A stretch of DNA of 62,703 nucleotides, filler included, from Nemertoderma westbladi (Eukaryota > Animalia > Xenacoelomorpha): NCBI GenBank assembly GCA_032718475.1. It is 3 parts of 3 records of this genome, joined end to end, with 100 filler letters (N's around TTAATTAATTAA, not from the genome) between each part and the next. Parts side by side here need not be neighbours in the genome. Positions count along the whole stretch, not along the records: positions 1 to 26,092 come from JAUCBJ010007201.1; 2 more parts are not named here. One strand, given 5' to 3'. The position numbers and the translations under genes are program-made. The notes under the pieces were generated by a model. It searched no databases. It was not told where the DNA came from and saw nothing but the letters and a program-made list of their open reading frames with translations. Shown one piece after another: positions 14,596-26,192 of the stretch. How positions within the stretch are numbered: position 1 is the first letter of the stretch; the number at the start of each line of letters is the position of its first letter.

Positions 14596-15681
14596 ATGTT
14601 CAACCAGCGTTTCGAAAACCAAGTAGCGTTCCCGGCGCTACCGGTGCTCGACCCATTCCTGGCGATATCGGCCAGGTCAGGTCGACCAACCACCGGCGTC
14701 CATCGGAACCAACCAACCCCTCCGGCCACAATAACGCCGAGCACCAGCGGTATTCGGGGAATGCTACCCAACCCTCGTAACCCAGAGGAACCAAATCGGT
14801 CAAAAAGCGCCATGAAAACGGTATCAATCCATCTGTCGGATGAGGACAACGGTGGATTGTTGGATAGTTCGACGCGCTATCAAACTCTCCGGAGCGCTCG
14901 GTCACTACCGAGCGCAAGACGAGTGAAATTCCTCACGGAATACGCCGACAATGAAGCGACGGACCAGGACTACCTGGGATGTCGTCTGGAGAACGCGGAT
15001 TTGCTGAGCGTAACGAGTTTAGCGATGACGGGTAAAGAGCAACCGCCCGTGCGACTAATCAGTCGACACGTCGATCGGATGGAAGCGCTGGCGAGACGAA
15101 AATTATACAACTACTACGGTCAGGGTGATCCGCGGGTGTCCACCACACGGGAATGCCAAAGAGCGACCGGGCGACACAACGCGAGTAATTTGTACATCGC
15201 TCAAGTGCGGCCAATGAGTGTGAAAAGAGGAGAATCCGAAGACGTAAACGTAGTCAGGATATCACCTTTCGTTGATATCGAAGGTGATGGTAAAAGGAAC
15301 GGACAAGAAATCCCACAGACAGAAAACAAATCTATTTTACGAGCCTCGGCCGACAAACAATCAACAAGTAAAAGACCTGAATTCCGGAGGTTCAAATCGA
15401 ACTTAGCTTACGGACATTTGCAGCGTTCTAGAAAAGGATTCACAACTCGTGCCGATAAGTGGAACGGCGTTTCCAAGAACATCACCATCCCGATAGGACC
15501 GAACTACAACGACGAAGATCTGGTGGACACCCTGCGAAGCGAAATAAGGTACATGGCGATGCGTAAGTGCTATTACTTCAACCCCGCCCGATATAACTTG
15601 GACGAAAACGTTTTACCACAGAGTAAACGGCAGTGCTCACCGGTGCTACAAGCCGACATTACAACAGGTGGAAAATACTAA
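14596..15681 (+). CDS. Single-exon hypothetical protein, 361 aa, no recognisable domain
   Basis: Long stop-free ORF, clearly more GC-rich than its flanks, non-repetitive protein. The ATG follows a possible 5' UTR acceptor (ttattgtag|gaacggaggATG). Confidence 0.7.
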   Translation: MFNQRFENQVAFPALPVLDPFLAISARSGRPTTGVHRNQPTPPATITPSTSGIRGMLPNPRNPEEPNRSKSAMKTVSIHLSDEDNGGLLDSSTRYQTLRSARSLPSARRVKFLTEYADNEATDQDYLGCRLENADLLSVTSLAMTGKEQPPVRLISRHVDRMEALARRKLYNYYGQGDPRVSTTRECQRATGRHNASNLYIAQVRPMSVKRGESEDVNVVRISPFVDIEGDGKRNGQEIPQTENKSILRASADKQSTSKRPEFRRFKSNLAYGHLQRSRKGFTTRADKWNGVSKNITIPIGPNYNDEDLVDTLRSEIRYMAMRKCYYFNPARYNLDENVLPQSKRQCSPVLQADITTGGKY

Positions 15682-15980
15682 TAAATATCCAACGGAACTT
15701 TCACACCATGGATAGATCTTATTATCTGATCGATTCAATAGAACATTATATTAACGGAATCCCCAACCACTACAATTCCACAATATCCACACCACAATCT
15801 TAACAACACTATTCCTCTATGTCAACAACATTAATGTGTAATCATTGTTTTAATTAATATCATTTATAATATGGAACTCACTAAATAGCTTTACTTCACT
15901 TTATTTTATATTTAACGCTTGTAATTTTATCTCAGTGCATGTACATTATCCATATTTCGTAAAAACTGCGTTGACTTTGA

Positions 15981-16270
15981 CTACTACTACTAGTAGGAAC
16001 TACAGTACCACTACCATACTGTAATCGGCATGCTGCATTGCTGCTGCACATTGCGATACCTAGGATTGCTTATCAAAAATTTGTGCCACCACTATGCAAT
16101 CCCCGATTCACATGCTCCAATGCAACGTAGCGTGCATTAAGAATGCTACTTAACTCATGCTGCATTGCAGCTGAATTACACATATATTAAGAATGCTATG
16201 CCGACATATAATTCTTATATAACATCTATATACTTAATTGCGCCGCCACAACTCCCTATCCCCCATGACT
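15981..16270 (-). mobile_element. Degenerate, rearranged 3' end of the RTE-like LINE family
   Basis: (cta)n run plus atcggcatgctgcattg, catgctgcattgcagctg, ttaagaatgct and cgccacaactccctatc-cccatgac match the 3' end of the copy at 35313-35430. Confidence 0.7.
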
Positions 16271-18251
16271 TTCTCGAAAATAAAAAATAAAACAAAAAGA
16301 TTCACAAATATAATAAATGTTCCTGTAGCCTACTTTCTTAGACCTTTTTGGGTGCTATTTCTCCCATCAGCAATGAAATCACTTTGAGGACAATAAATAA
16401 CGGAGAGTCTTAAAAACGCTTGTGAAGTAAATAAAACAATAGAATTAGAATTAATAATGACTTATTACATGGGAAAAATATTTACCGAGCACCAGCGAGT
16501 TAATAAAGTCTTGAGCGAATATTGAGAAAAAAATGTTATCTTCTTTCCCATGTAATACGTAATTTTAATCTTAAATTTGTACTTTTTTCTTTTTGTTGCT
16601 TTATAATAACAAATAGACTGACGCTAAACTACAGCCACCAATAATGGATATTGAGATCCGTTTTGAAGTACGACTTGCAGACAATAAAAATTCCATAACT
16701 TTTGAGTGTGTGACATAGATTTCCTCAAATTACTTGACATCTATGAATCTATGTAGAAAACATCTATGTTTTATACATAGATGTCATTTCAACAAATTTA
16801 ATAAAATTCCACTAAAAGTAATTCCACTAAAAATATTTTTTTTACTAATTTATGCCGGGGATAAAGTAAAATCAATGCAATCCTATGGGTAACTTTTTTC
16901 CCTAGGGAAAAAGGAACTCCTTTTCCCGCCGATTTGGGGGGTTTTTCGTGCGAAAATGTCACAATTTAAGAATAAAAATAATATGAGCCATTGTTGACGT
17001 AATAATATTATTTGTCTATATCGAATTATAAAGAAACATATTTTAACTAGAACTTACTGTTATAAAAAATATATAAAAAATTGAATGTTCTTTTATATAC
17101 AGTTGGCCAACATGAAGATTCTACTTCTACCTCACTTGGTGCCGTTGGTGGACATACCTAGTTATAGGTACATACATAGCATACACAAAGTACAGTACTG
17201 TAGGACACTTCGCTTCGCGTAGTAAGTGTCATAAACTTATGTTAAAGTGTCAACTCAAAATAATTATAAACAAAATCAAAACAGATGTCCCCTGATCATT
17301 TTACCACCTACTGTAGGGGCAGATTTGGTAAGAACTGCAGTCGATTTCACTCAAAACAAATATAACTTTCGCCCTATAGCGGCAGACTACAGAACTGCAG
17401 ACAGATTAGCCACATTTGAATGACACCGCTAATGGGCTAGTGGGAATCAGTCAAGCTTCAGTATGAACGGATTAAAGGTAAAGAAAAATATGAGAACATT
17501 TAATGTTTCGACATGTGGCCCTCTAGAGCGAGACTGTTGAACTGATAGTATATATGAAAGTCTCTATATAAAAAAAATATCAACTTCTGGTGTTATTGAT
17601 GCCTTCACATTTTAAACTCGACAGCTTTAAATCCAACAAAGTTATTAAGCATGTCAAAATCGTAACGACGATGACGACAACTATTTCCCATTATTGACCC
17701 AACCCCCCCCCCCCCCCCCCCCCCCCCAGCGAACTGACACGGGGGGGGGGGGGGGGGGGGTACTACAATGCAGCCGCAAAAATAATATAATATATCGAAC
17801 AACATTCATGTGCTTTTCAACACACATTTTTCGGCCGAAAAAATGTCGCGTGAAAAAACGATTTCGTCCGAAAAAATTTTGGCCATAAGAAACATATTTC
17901 GAGGAAAGCGAAAAATTTAATTGCTTTTGTAATCTCAATATCTTTTGGAAATTTAAATACTTATTATTCATTATTTTTTTGTAATCTCAATTATTGTTTA
18001 ACCTTTTTAACAACGGCGCCTCATAATCCAGTAATTACTCGTGAAATACCGGTAGATAAATTAAAGCAATGTAGTCATATGTAAAAAATAAGTACTGTAC
18101 ATAATATGAAATATAAAAAATAATGAGAGACTTAGTTTCTGAGAAACGTCGTATTCCAGAATACCGTATTACCAAAAACCAGTAACGTACTTTTACATAC
18201 TTGCCATTTTTATGACATAATTGTAACTTATTTGTACAAAAAAGTAACAAA

Positions 18252-20074
18252 ATGCGTGAAATCGTTCATTTGCAGGTGGGGCAGTGCGGTAATCAAATCG
18301 GAGCTAAGTTCTGGGAGGTCATATCTTCAGAACATGGCATCGACGGTGAAGGTTAGTACGATTTTTCCATCATTTTAAAGTACAAAAAAATATGTCATTT
18401 CTTTAGGTTTGCATTTTTGAGTCCTTACATTTTGTTACAACGTTTGTCAAACGCAGGGAAATATACTGGTACAGACCCTCTTCAAACTGAGCGGCTCAAC
18501 GTTTACTACACCGAAGCGGCAGGCGGGAAATATGTCCCAAGAGCCGTTCTAGTTGATTTGGAGCCGGGAATCGTGGACACAATACGAGCCACGCCAATGG
18601 GACAGCTGTATAAACCGGACAACTTCTGTTGGGGAACAAGTGGGGCGGGAAATAACTGGGCTAAAGGTTTCTACACGGAGGGAGCGGAGCTCTGCGACAA
18701 GGTTTTTATTTGTTATAATTTAAATTTAAATTAAAAAGATGGAAAAACTTCCGAATCCGTAATTTTTAATACTAGCTAGTTTTTAAATTTTTTTCTCATT
18801 GAAGATGATAGCTATTTATTAAAACTTAAATTAATGTTCAGAGTAAATAGTTTTTGATCTAAAAGAACAATTTATTGTTCTAGAACAAATAGTTATTGTT
18901 CTAGAACAAATAGATATTGTTCTAGAACAAACAATTATTGTTCTAGAACATTTTAAATATAAATTTTAATTAAATTTATTAGGCCAATAAATACATCCTT
19001 GTTTCCAAGGTGCTCGAAATGGTGAGGAAGGAATGCGAATCGAGTGACTGTCTGCAAGGCTTCCAGATGACCCACTCGTTGGGCGGGGGCACCGGCGCCG
19101 GAATGGGGACGCTGCTCATTAGCAAAATCCGGGAGGAGTATCCGGACCGGATAATGAACACGTTCTCTATCGTCCCGTCGCCCAAGGTCTCGGACACCGT
19201 GGTCGAGCCGTACAATGCGACCCTGTCGGTCCACCAACTCGTCGAGAACACGGACGAGAGCTTCTGCATCGACAACGAGGCCCTCTACGATATCTGCACC
19301 AAGACGCTGCGGCTAAAGACCCCGACCTACAGCGACCTCAACCATCTGGTCTCCTCCTCCATGTCCGGTGTGACTACGTGTCTGCGGTTTCCTGGGCAAC
19401 TAAATGCAGACTTGAGGAAACTCGCCGTGAACATGGTTCCATTCCCGCGGCTCCACTTCTTTATGACGGGGTTCGCCCCGCTAACGGCTCGTCTCGCTAA
19501 GAATTACTCGTCCCTCACCGTGGCCGAGATCACCAAACAGATGTTCGACCCCAACAACATGATGGCAGCCTGCGACGTGAGGACGGGCCGCTATCTGACT
19601 GCGGCCGCCATCTACCGTGGCAAACTCTCCATGAAGGAGGTCGACGACCAGATCCTCGATATGCAGAACAAGAACAGCAACATATTCGTGGAGTGGATCC
19701 CCAACAACATAAAGACGGCGTGTTGCGACATTCCGCCAAGGGGATATAAAATAGCGGGAACCTTTGTGGGCAACTCGACATCGATGCAGACGTTGTTTAA
19801 ACGCGTCGCGGAACAGTTCACCGCCATGTTCAGACGAAAGGCTTTCCTACATTGGTACACCGGGGAGGGAATGGACGAGATGGAGTTTACCGAGGCCGAG
19901 AGCAACATGAATGATCTTATAAGCGAATACCAACAATACGAGGACGCGGGGATGGATGACGAACAGATGGAGGAGGAAGAAGAGCAAGAGGTAGATGATT
20001 ACGAACAGGATGTACAAGAACAAGAATATCAAGATCAAGATCAGGAGGAGCAACAGGCACAGCAAGAGGACTAA
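18252..20074 (+). CDS. TUBB: Beta-tubulin, divergent isotype, 469 aa; exons 18252-18351, 18457-18701, 19010-20074
   Basis: [17 protein letters not shown] start, GGGTGAG GTP-binding motif and [20 protein letters not shown]. Introns gttagt..cag (phase 1) and gttttt..aag (phase 0) join in frame. AATAAA at 20136. Confidence 0.97.
18874..18950. repeat. 21-bp tandem repeat with palindromic core TGTTCTAGAACA (4 copies) in tubulin intron 2
   Basis: attgttctagaacaaatag-like unit repeated four times. Confidence 0.85.
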
Positions 20075-21467
20075 AACAGAACAATTTACGGAATAGAGTA
20101 GTGTAGGAATGATTTCGTGCTAATGTTTTCTATGAAATAAAAACAGATAAAAACAAGAAATGTAAAATCAGGAACACCAGTATGTTACTGGTGTTATGCG
20201 ATATAGTTCCGAAAATATATTACTAACCTTAACCTAATATTGAATGGGTTTATTGGTATCAATTGTGGTGCCAGTAGTCTGAGTATCTTATCTATAAAAT
20301 AAAAACATAATGATATATTTCAAAAGAAATTGTTAATAAACTAAATACCCAGACCCCTCGCTATTATCACTCATTATAATCCATGAGATGCAAATCTTGC
20401 AAATGTCCAATGAAGGTTTATAAAAATAATATAAATAGTGGGTTATTATATTTGTAAATGGAAAATCAGCACAGAACATGAAGATTAAGTTAACAAATTA
20501 CATCGCAGTGTCGCCTTGCATAATGCACAGTAGGCATTTAGCATAAGCGATTATACAAACTAGTAAATCGTATAATATTTAACAATATAAATAAATGTAT
20601 GTTTAGAGTACATTACATCGACAAATAGGATTAACTATATTATAATACTGGTTTGTTGCCCCAGCAATGTGTACCACAAACAAACTAATATTCACAGATA
20701 AACCAAATGTTGTGGTGTATTTACTGTATTTATTAAATATGAATAAATAGCCTACACTGAAAAAAGTAACTACATCTCGTATGAAAAAGTGCCACTATCA
20801 AATATTAGTGGTATTAATTAATTAATTAATAATAATAATTAATTAATTAATTGTGTATATACACCGCACATGGCATGGGCATGCCCTAAAATTCTGACTC
20901 ACCCAGTAAGGAGGAGGGAGGTCAAACTATCTCTGTTTTAAAATCAAACGCAATCAATCTCATAGAGTTTTAATTTGCAGAAAATTGGAAGGGTCGTGGG
21001 GGGTGGGGGATTAAGGCATTACATTCCAGGACATGGTATGTGTAGTTATTATTTTGGTGGAGATGGTGTTTAAAAAATACGTTAAAAAAAAACAAAACAG
21101 AACAGAAATTTACTGGAAATCTAAAAATTTACACACAATAGTTAGCAGGGGAGTAAGGAGAGTTGAACCAAAATTTACAAAAAAATGAATTACTCTGTTC
21201 CACATCGTAGAGAAACTGCAGAATCGGTAAAAAATCAATAGAAATTTGGAACACATAGTGCCAGTTAGTCTCTCCGTCTGTTTCTGTGTTTTTTCACTGT
21301 ATCACTTTTGTCAAATAAACTTTCTATCTCCATCTAAAACTGTCGTTTTTTAATTTTACAATAATACCAGTGAAATAATATCTTTGCACATTGCATTAGA
21401 ATATGATTTATTAAGTATAGGCCAAATTCACATGAATTAATTATTCTTTATTTAGTTCAATTATAGA

Positions 21468-24107
21468 CACCACAATAAAATTTGTAACAATATAACACAT
21501 TGATGAAAGATAAATGACTCAAGAAAGAACTTCCTGCATGCATCAAATGGGTCCAAACTTAGTTAGATAGCAAAATTTTGATTTTGAGATAAAGGGAAGT
21601 AGTGCCACAGGCACTACTTCCAGAACTTACCCTTTAGAGCAAGTGACTGGTTTAAAGCTCATCTATCCCATCATAGTAGACATGTACCGAACAACAAGAG
21701 TCCCACAAGAAATGAAAACAAGTAAGTTGGTGCCAGTTCCAAAGAAGAGCAACCTAACACTCTATGGTTCTTTTCGGGGAATCTCATTGATCTCGATTGC
21801 TGCAAAGCTATACAATAGGATTCTATTAAATCGCATCAGGGATCCCATTGAGAGACTGCTCCGTGGAAATCAGAATGGGTTCCGTAAAGGTCGTGGGACC
21901 ATGGAGCCCATTTTGGCACTTAGAAGGATAATTGAAGAATTATCAAAAAAGAAAGACAGGCATCAGGCTGTTATCTTTGTTGACTTCATCAAGGCCTTTG
22001 ATTCAGTCTCTCGCTCACGTATGTTCAGCATACTTTCATTATATGGGATTCCTGATGAAATTATTGCAGCAATCAGATCAGTATACGATGGTTCGACAAC
22101 ATTTGTGTCTACTGTTGACGGTGACACAGAACCATTTGAAGTGTTATGGGGACGGGGGCGTCCTCCAAGGAGACGCACTTGCACCATTCTTGATCATTAC
22201 TGTGGTTGACTATGTTCTACGCATGTCCTTAGATCATCATAATGACGATGGGGTGATGATAACTCCTCCTACTGGCTCCAGAAGTCGAGGAAATCCTGCC
22301 AAGTACCTAACTGATCTAGACTTTGCTGATGACTTAGGAGTACTCTCAGAATCATTAGAGGGAGCCCAACGGCTCCTCAGCTCATTAGAATATGCTGCTT
22401 CTAGTGTTGGTCTTTTTATTAACTCCAGAAAGACCAAAATTTTGACAGTTAACTTTGAAAGTCCTCAGCAAGTCTCTGATCGGATGAGCATAAGCTCAAA
22501 TGATGGTATGCTTGAGAATGTGGACGACTTCTGTTACCTGGGATCATGGATCCGGAAGTCAGGTGAGGACCTTCGAATACGTAAGGGAAAGGCATGGGCA
22601 GCCTTGAATAGGCTTTCCAGGATTTGGAAGTCACCGAGAATTAATCGGAAACTTAAGGTCCGATTATTTAGAGCAGCAGTAGTTCCAGTACTCCTCTACG
22701 GGAGTCCATGCTGGGCTCTAACTGCTGAGGACACCAAATCTCTGGATGGTACATTCACAAGAATGCTACGCCGGGTTCATTGTGTCAAGTACAATGCACA
22801 CATCTCCAACCAGACACTATATAACATTGGAGGTGTCTCATTGGTTCCCCCAAGCTTGACACTAGAACAAAATCGCCTCCGCTTTGCAGGACATTGCTTT
22901 CGCCGTGAGTACCAGCCAGTGCATAATCTTGTACTTTGGCAGTCTCATGGAGTGAATAAGCATGGTGGACAACCCATGACTTTCTTGAGACGCATCTTAA
23001 AGGACACTGGCCTTGAAGATGCGGATGATCTAGCAAATGTCATGGGTGATAGTGAGTTGTGGCGTTGCAATTTTGTTGACAAGCCGGCACAGCATTCTTA
23101 AAAATGCAGCTGCAATGCAGCATGCCGATCCTAGTAGTAGATACCAAAATTTTGATTTTGAGATAAAGGGAAGTAGTGCCACAGGCACATGTGACTCACA
23201 AGTGACTCCTATTCTCAATTTTTGCGATGGACAACTTTTAGTTCTCCCACTGCATTATGCTATATATTATGCTTATTAGAACCGCAATGGCCGATTTAGT
23301 AGGGGTAGACACCATCAAAACAAGCGTAGAGCGAATAGTTCTTGAGATATTGCAGAAAATGTTAAGCCCGGCACAAGTAAACATTAGTGCCTTGATGATT
23401 TTTATACAAATACACTAAAATGATATTTCTTCTAATTATCTTATGGCATCAAAAATTATTCAAATCACTGCAACGAATTGATTTAGTGTATACAGCAGAC
23501 ACCTTCAAAAAGAAAGAGTGGTGATTAGTTCTCTATAGTTTTTGTACAGAATGTCTGGAATGGGTCAACTCAATATAGAGTATCAATTGGTGGACATAGT
23601 CTTGACATTTTGTAAAATAACTCAAGAACTAATGACTCTACTCTTATTTTGAAGATGTATACACCCACTACATCGATCATTTTCTGTGATGTGTCTATTC
23701 TTGATTCCTTGAGATAATTAAAAGTATCATTCTTAGTGTATTTGTCCATATCGAATCAAGGCGGTATAGTATAATGTAGACTTGTGTCGGACTTCATATT
23801 TTCTGCGATATCTCTCAAGAACTATTCGCTCTACATTTGTTTTGAAAGTGTCTAACCCCGCTAAATCGGTCATTGCCGATATAATGAGCATAAAATGTGA
23901 AAAATGAGAATAAGAGTCACTTCCGCCAAAGAGTAGGTTCTGGCCATGTGCCTGTGGCACTATTTATTTCCCTTGATCCCAAAATCTACCTTTGGTATCT
24001 AACTGAGTTTGAACCCAATTGATGACAATTGATGCATGCAGGAAGTTCTTTCTTGAGTCATTGATCTTTCATTCATGTGTTAAATTGCTATAAAGTTCAT
24101 TGTGGTG
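21468..24107. mobile_element. Old imperfect palindromic (foldback/MITE-like) element of about 1.1 kb, split by a LINE insertion
   Basis: 21468-21614 plus 23189-23575 is the diverged reverse complement of about 23580-24107, e.g. gactcaagaaagaacttcctgcatgcatcaa vs ttgatgcatgcaggaagttctttcttgagtc, and gtagagcgaatagttcttgaga vs tctcaagaactattcgctctac. Confidence 0.85.
21615..23140 (+). mobile_element. 5'-truncated RTE-like non-LTR retrotransposon (RT region, one frameshift near 22150)
   Basis: RT motifs FRGISL, QNGFRKGR, FVDFIKAFD, GVLQGD, DFADD, FCYLGS and LRFAGHC across ORFs 21643..22209 and 21932..23101. Short 3' UTR ending (TAG)3; flanked by a 51-bp direct repeat. Confidence 0.93.
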
Positions 24108-24416
24108 AATCGCGATGGATCTAAATTTAAACCCCCTTGGGATCCGTCAAGATATCGATGAAATTTAGAGAAATTTTTTTGCCATAATTTTTTACCATTT
24201 GGCAACTTTTGAGAATCGGAAGAACAATGAAATCTAAAAAAAGTAAAAAACGCACCGCCCTAGTGACTATATAGCCTCTGGCTCTGCCTCTACCGTTATC
24301 TACTACCTGTCACCACGGGTTGACAAGAAAGTAACAATGAAACACGCGTATTCAATTAATTAGTCCCATTAAATACCATCCATATCTGTAGATAAATATG
24401 AAGAACAACCAATAGG

Positions 24417-24635
24417 AAAGTGGGTCAACCCTCCTACCCATCCATCCAAAGTGGGTCAACCCTCCTACCCATCCATCCAAAGTGGGTCAACCCTCCTACC
24501 TATCCATCCAAAGTGGGTCAACCCTCCTACCCATCCATCCAGGGTATGAGGGTCAACCCTCATACCCCTCCATCCAAAGTGGGTCAACCCTCATACCCAT
24601 CCATCCAAAGTGGTTCAACCCTCCTACCCATCCAT
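24417..24635. repeat. 31-bp minisatellite, about 7 copies
   Basis: aaagtgggtcaaccctcctacccatccatcc repeated. Confidence 0.9.
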
Positions 24636-25317
24636 TAATTAAAGCTTCTCACACTACTCAATTTTATGAAAAATGCATTGTGTACGAAAAGAGCAGACCA
24701 GTGGCGAAATCATTGCCTAATTTTGAAGCTGAATAATTTCTCTACCATAAAAGTGACATATTTATTGGTGAGTTGTAAAATCAATTAAATGGGATGGATC
24801 CAAAACAGTGGTATCAGTTCTAGAAAACAGGCGGGAAAAGTATACTTTCCTTCATAGCAAAACTGGTGCAAAACTGGTGGTTGCTACCATGAAGTCGGAA
24901 TTTTCGATTTCGCTTTTAAATTTTTGTTATGTCTGAGTCAAAAGTTGCCATTCAGATTTAGCGCTTAAAAAGGATTAAGATGTACAAATTAAATTATATA
25001 AATGAGGTGCACAATAAAAATATAATAAACAGTTCACAATACAGTAGCACAATTTGAGTATCCATAAATAATTAATTACAATTAACAGCTAACAACATCA
25101 AAAAAATATAGAGGAAAAAAAACGAAGAGGATCGATCATCTTACTTGACCTTAGGAGAACAGTCGCTATAAACTTACCTACATAGAACTAAATACTACTT
25201 AAGTTAATAGTTATAGGTAGTTTAGTGGAAGTTCAATTTATTGGTTCGATAAAATAAATTGTTTTTTGTCGACGCGGTTTATAAAGAACATGTTATTTGT
25301 TTATTGCTGTTAACAAT

Positions 25318-26092
25318 TTACTGCACTATATTGGTTGGGGACGACGTATGCCCTATGGGTAAAGTTCCCTCTTTCTCCATTCCTTTGGACACTAGGCATT
25401 GACCGTTGATGTCCCCAGTACAACAAGAGTTTCCGGGATCGGAAAGTACCCGGAGAGGACAACTAGCTGCTGTCCCGTCGACCAGACACTGCGCCAGGGT
25501 GTGGGAGCAGGTCGAGGTGTGGGGTGGTTGGGAACGCGAACCAGTCTGCTGACACAGTCCGGGGGTCTCTCTGGCACAATTCGTCACTCCATCCTTAGTC
25601 ATGGAGCTACCCGTTACTGTGTGCGCCGCCCCGAGTGGTTGGGACAGCGCGGTAATCGAGGGAGACCCACCGCCCACAGCGGGCGCGCGCAAACCGTCAA
25701 CGCGCGCGCGCTGGGAATCCGCGCCTGAGCCCGCTGTTGCCGAGGTGTGCGATGCGACGGCCACAACACCCGGCGCGCCACCTATCGCTTGAGTATGAAA
25801 GCCATCGGCTCTCTCAACTGTTGCCGTGGGCAAAGAGCCGCCGATCGCAGCTTTTAACGTCATAGCCGCATGTGACGTCATTGCCGACTGTGATGTCATC
25901 ATCGACTGTGACGTCATCGTCGAATATGACGCCATCGACGTCAAGGTATGGGACATTGCCGCAGCCGCGGTATGGGACATCACCACAGTCTGTGTTGTTG
26001 ACGTTTGTGACGTCATTGCGACATGTGACGTCACGGAGTGGCACGGGTGGGGTCCGCCAGAATGGCTTCCCCACTCATACGTGAGATTGTCA
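25318..26092 (-). CDS. Partial low-complexity (T/S/A/M-rich) ORF, open up to the gap
   Basis: GC-rich ORF 25318..26034 stays open upstream to the N-run; contains degenerate 18-bp MTSQSA-type repeats. Confidence 0.4.
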
Positions 26093-26192
26093 NNNNNNNN
26101 NNNNNNNNNNNNNNNNNNNNNNNNNNNNNNNNNNNNTTAATTAATTAANNNNNNNNNNNNNNNNNNNNNNNNNNNNNNNNNNNNNNNNNNNN
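26093..26192. other. Artificial gap/linker (N44-TTAATTAATTAA-N44)
   Basis: 100 bp with a six-frame stop linker in the middle. Confidence 0.97.

Noticed and set aside
17703-17760. Poly-C/poly-G hairpin (other long G or C runs at 12527, 42103, 62091, 62414)
   Set aside because: Homopolymer runs are frequent throughout the window and of uncertain length; no specific function can be supported.
18953-20065. Antisense ORFs over the tubulin gene (similar shadows over the LINEs and the 14596 ORF)
   Set aside because: Shadows of codon bias on the coding strand.
26137-26148. TTAATTAATTAA palindrome within N-runs (also 57600-57611)
   Set aside because: Artificial six-frame stop linker; the ORF ends it creates (..LIN*) are not biological.
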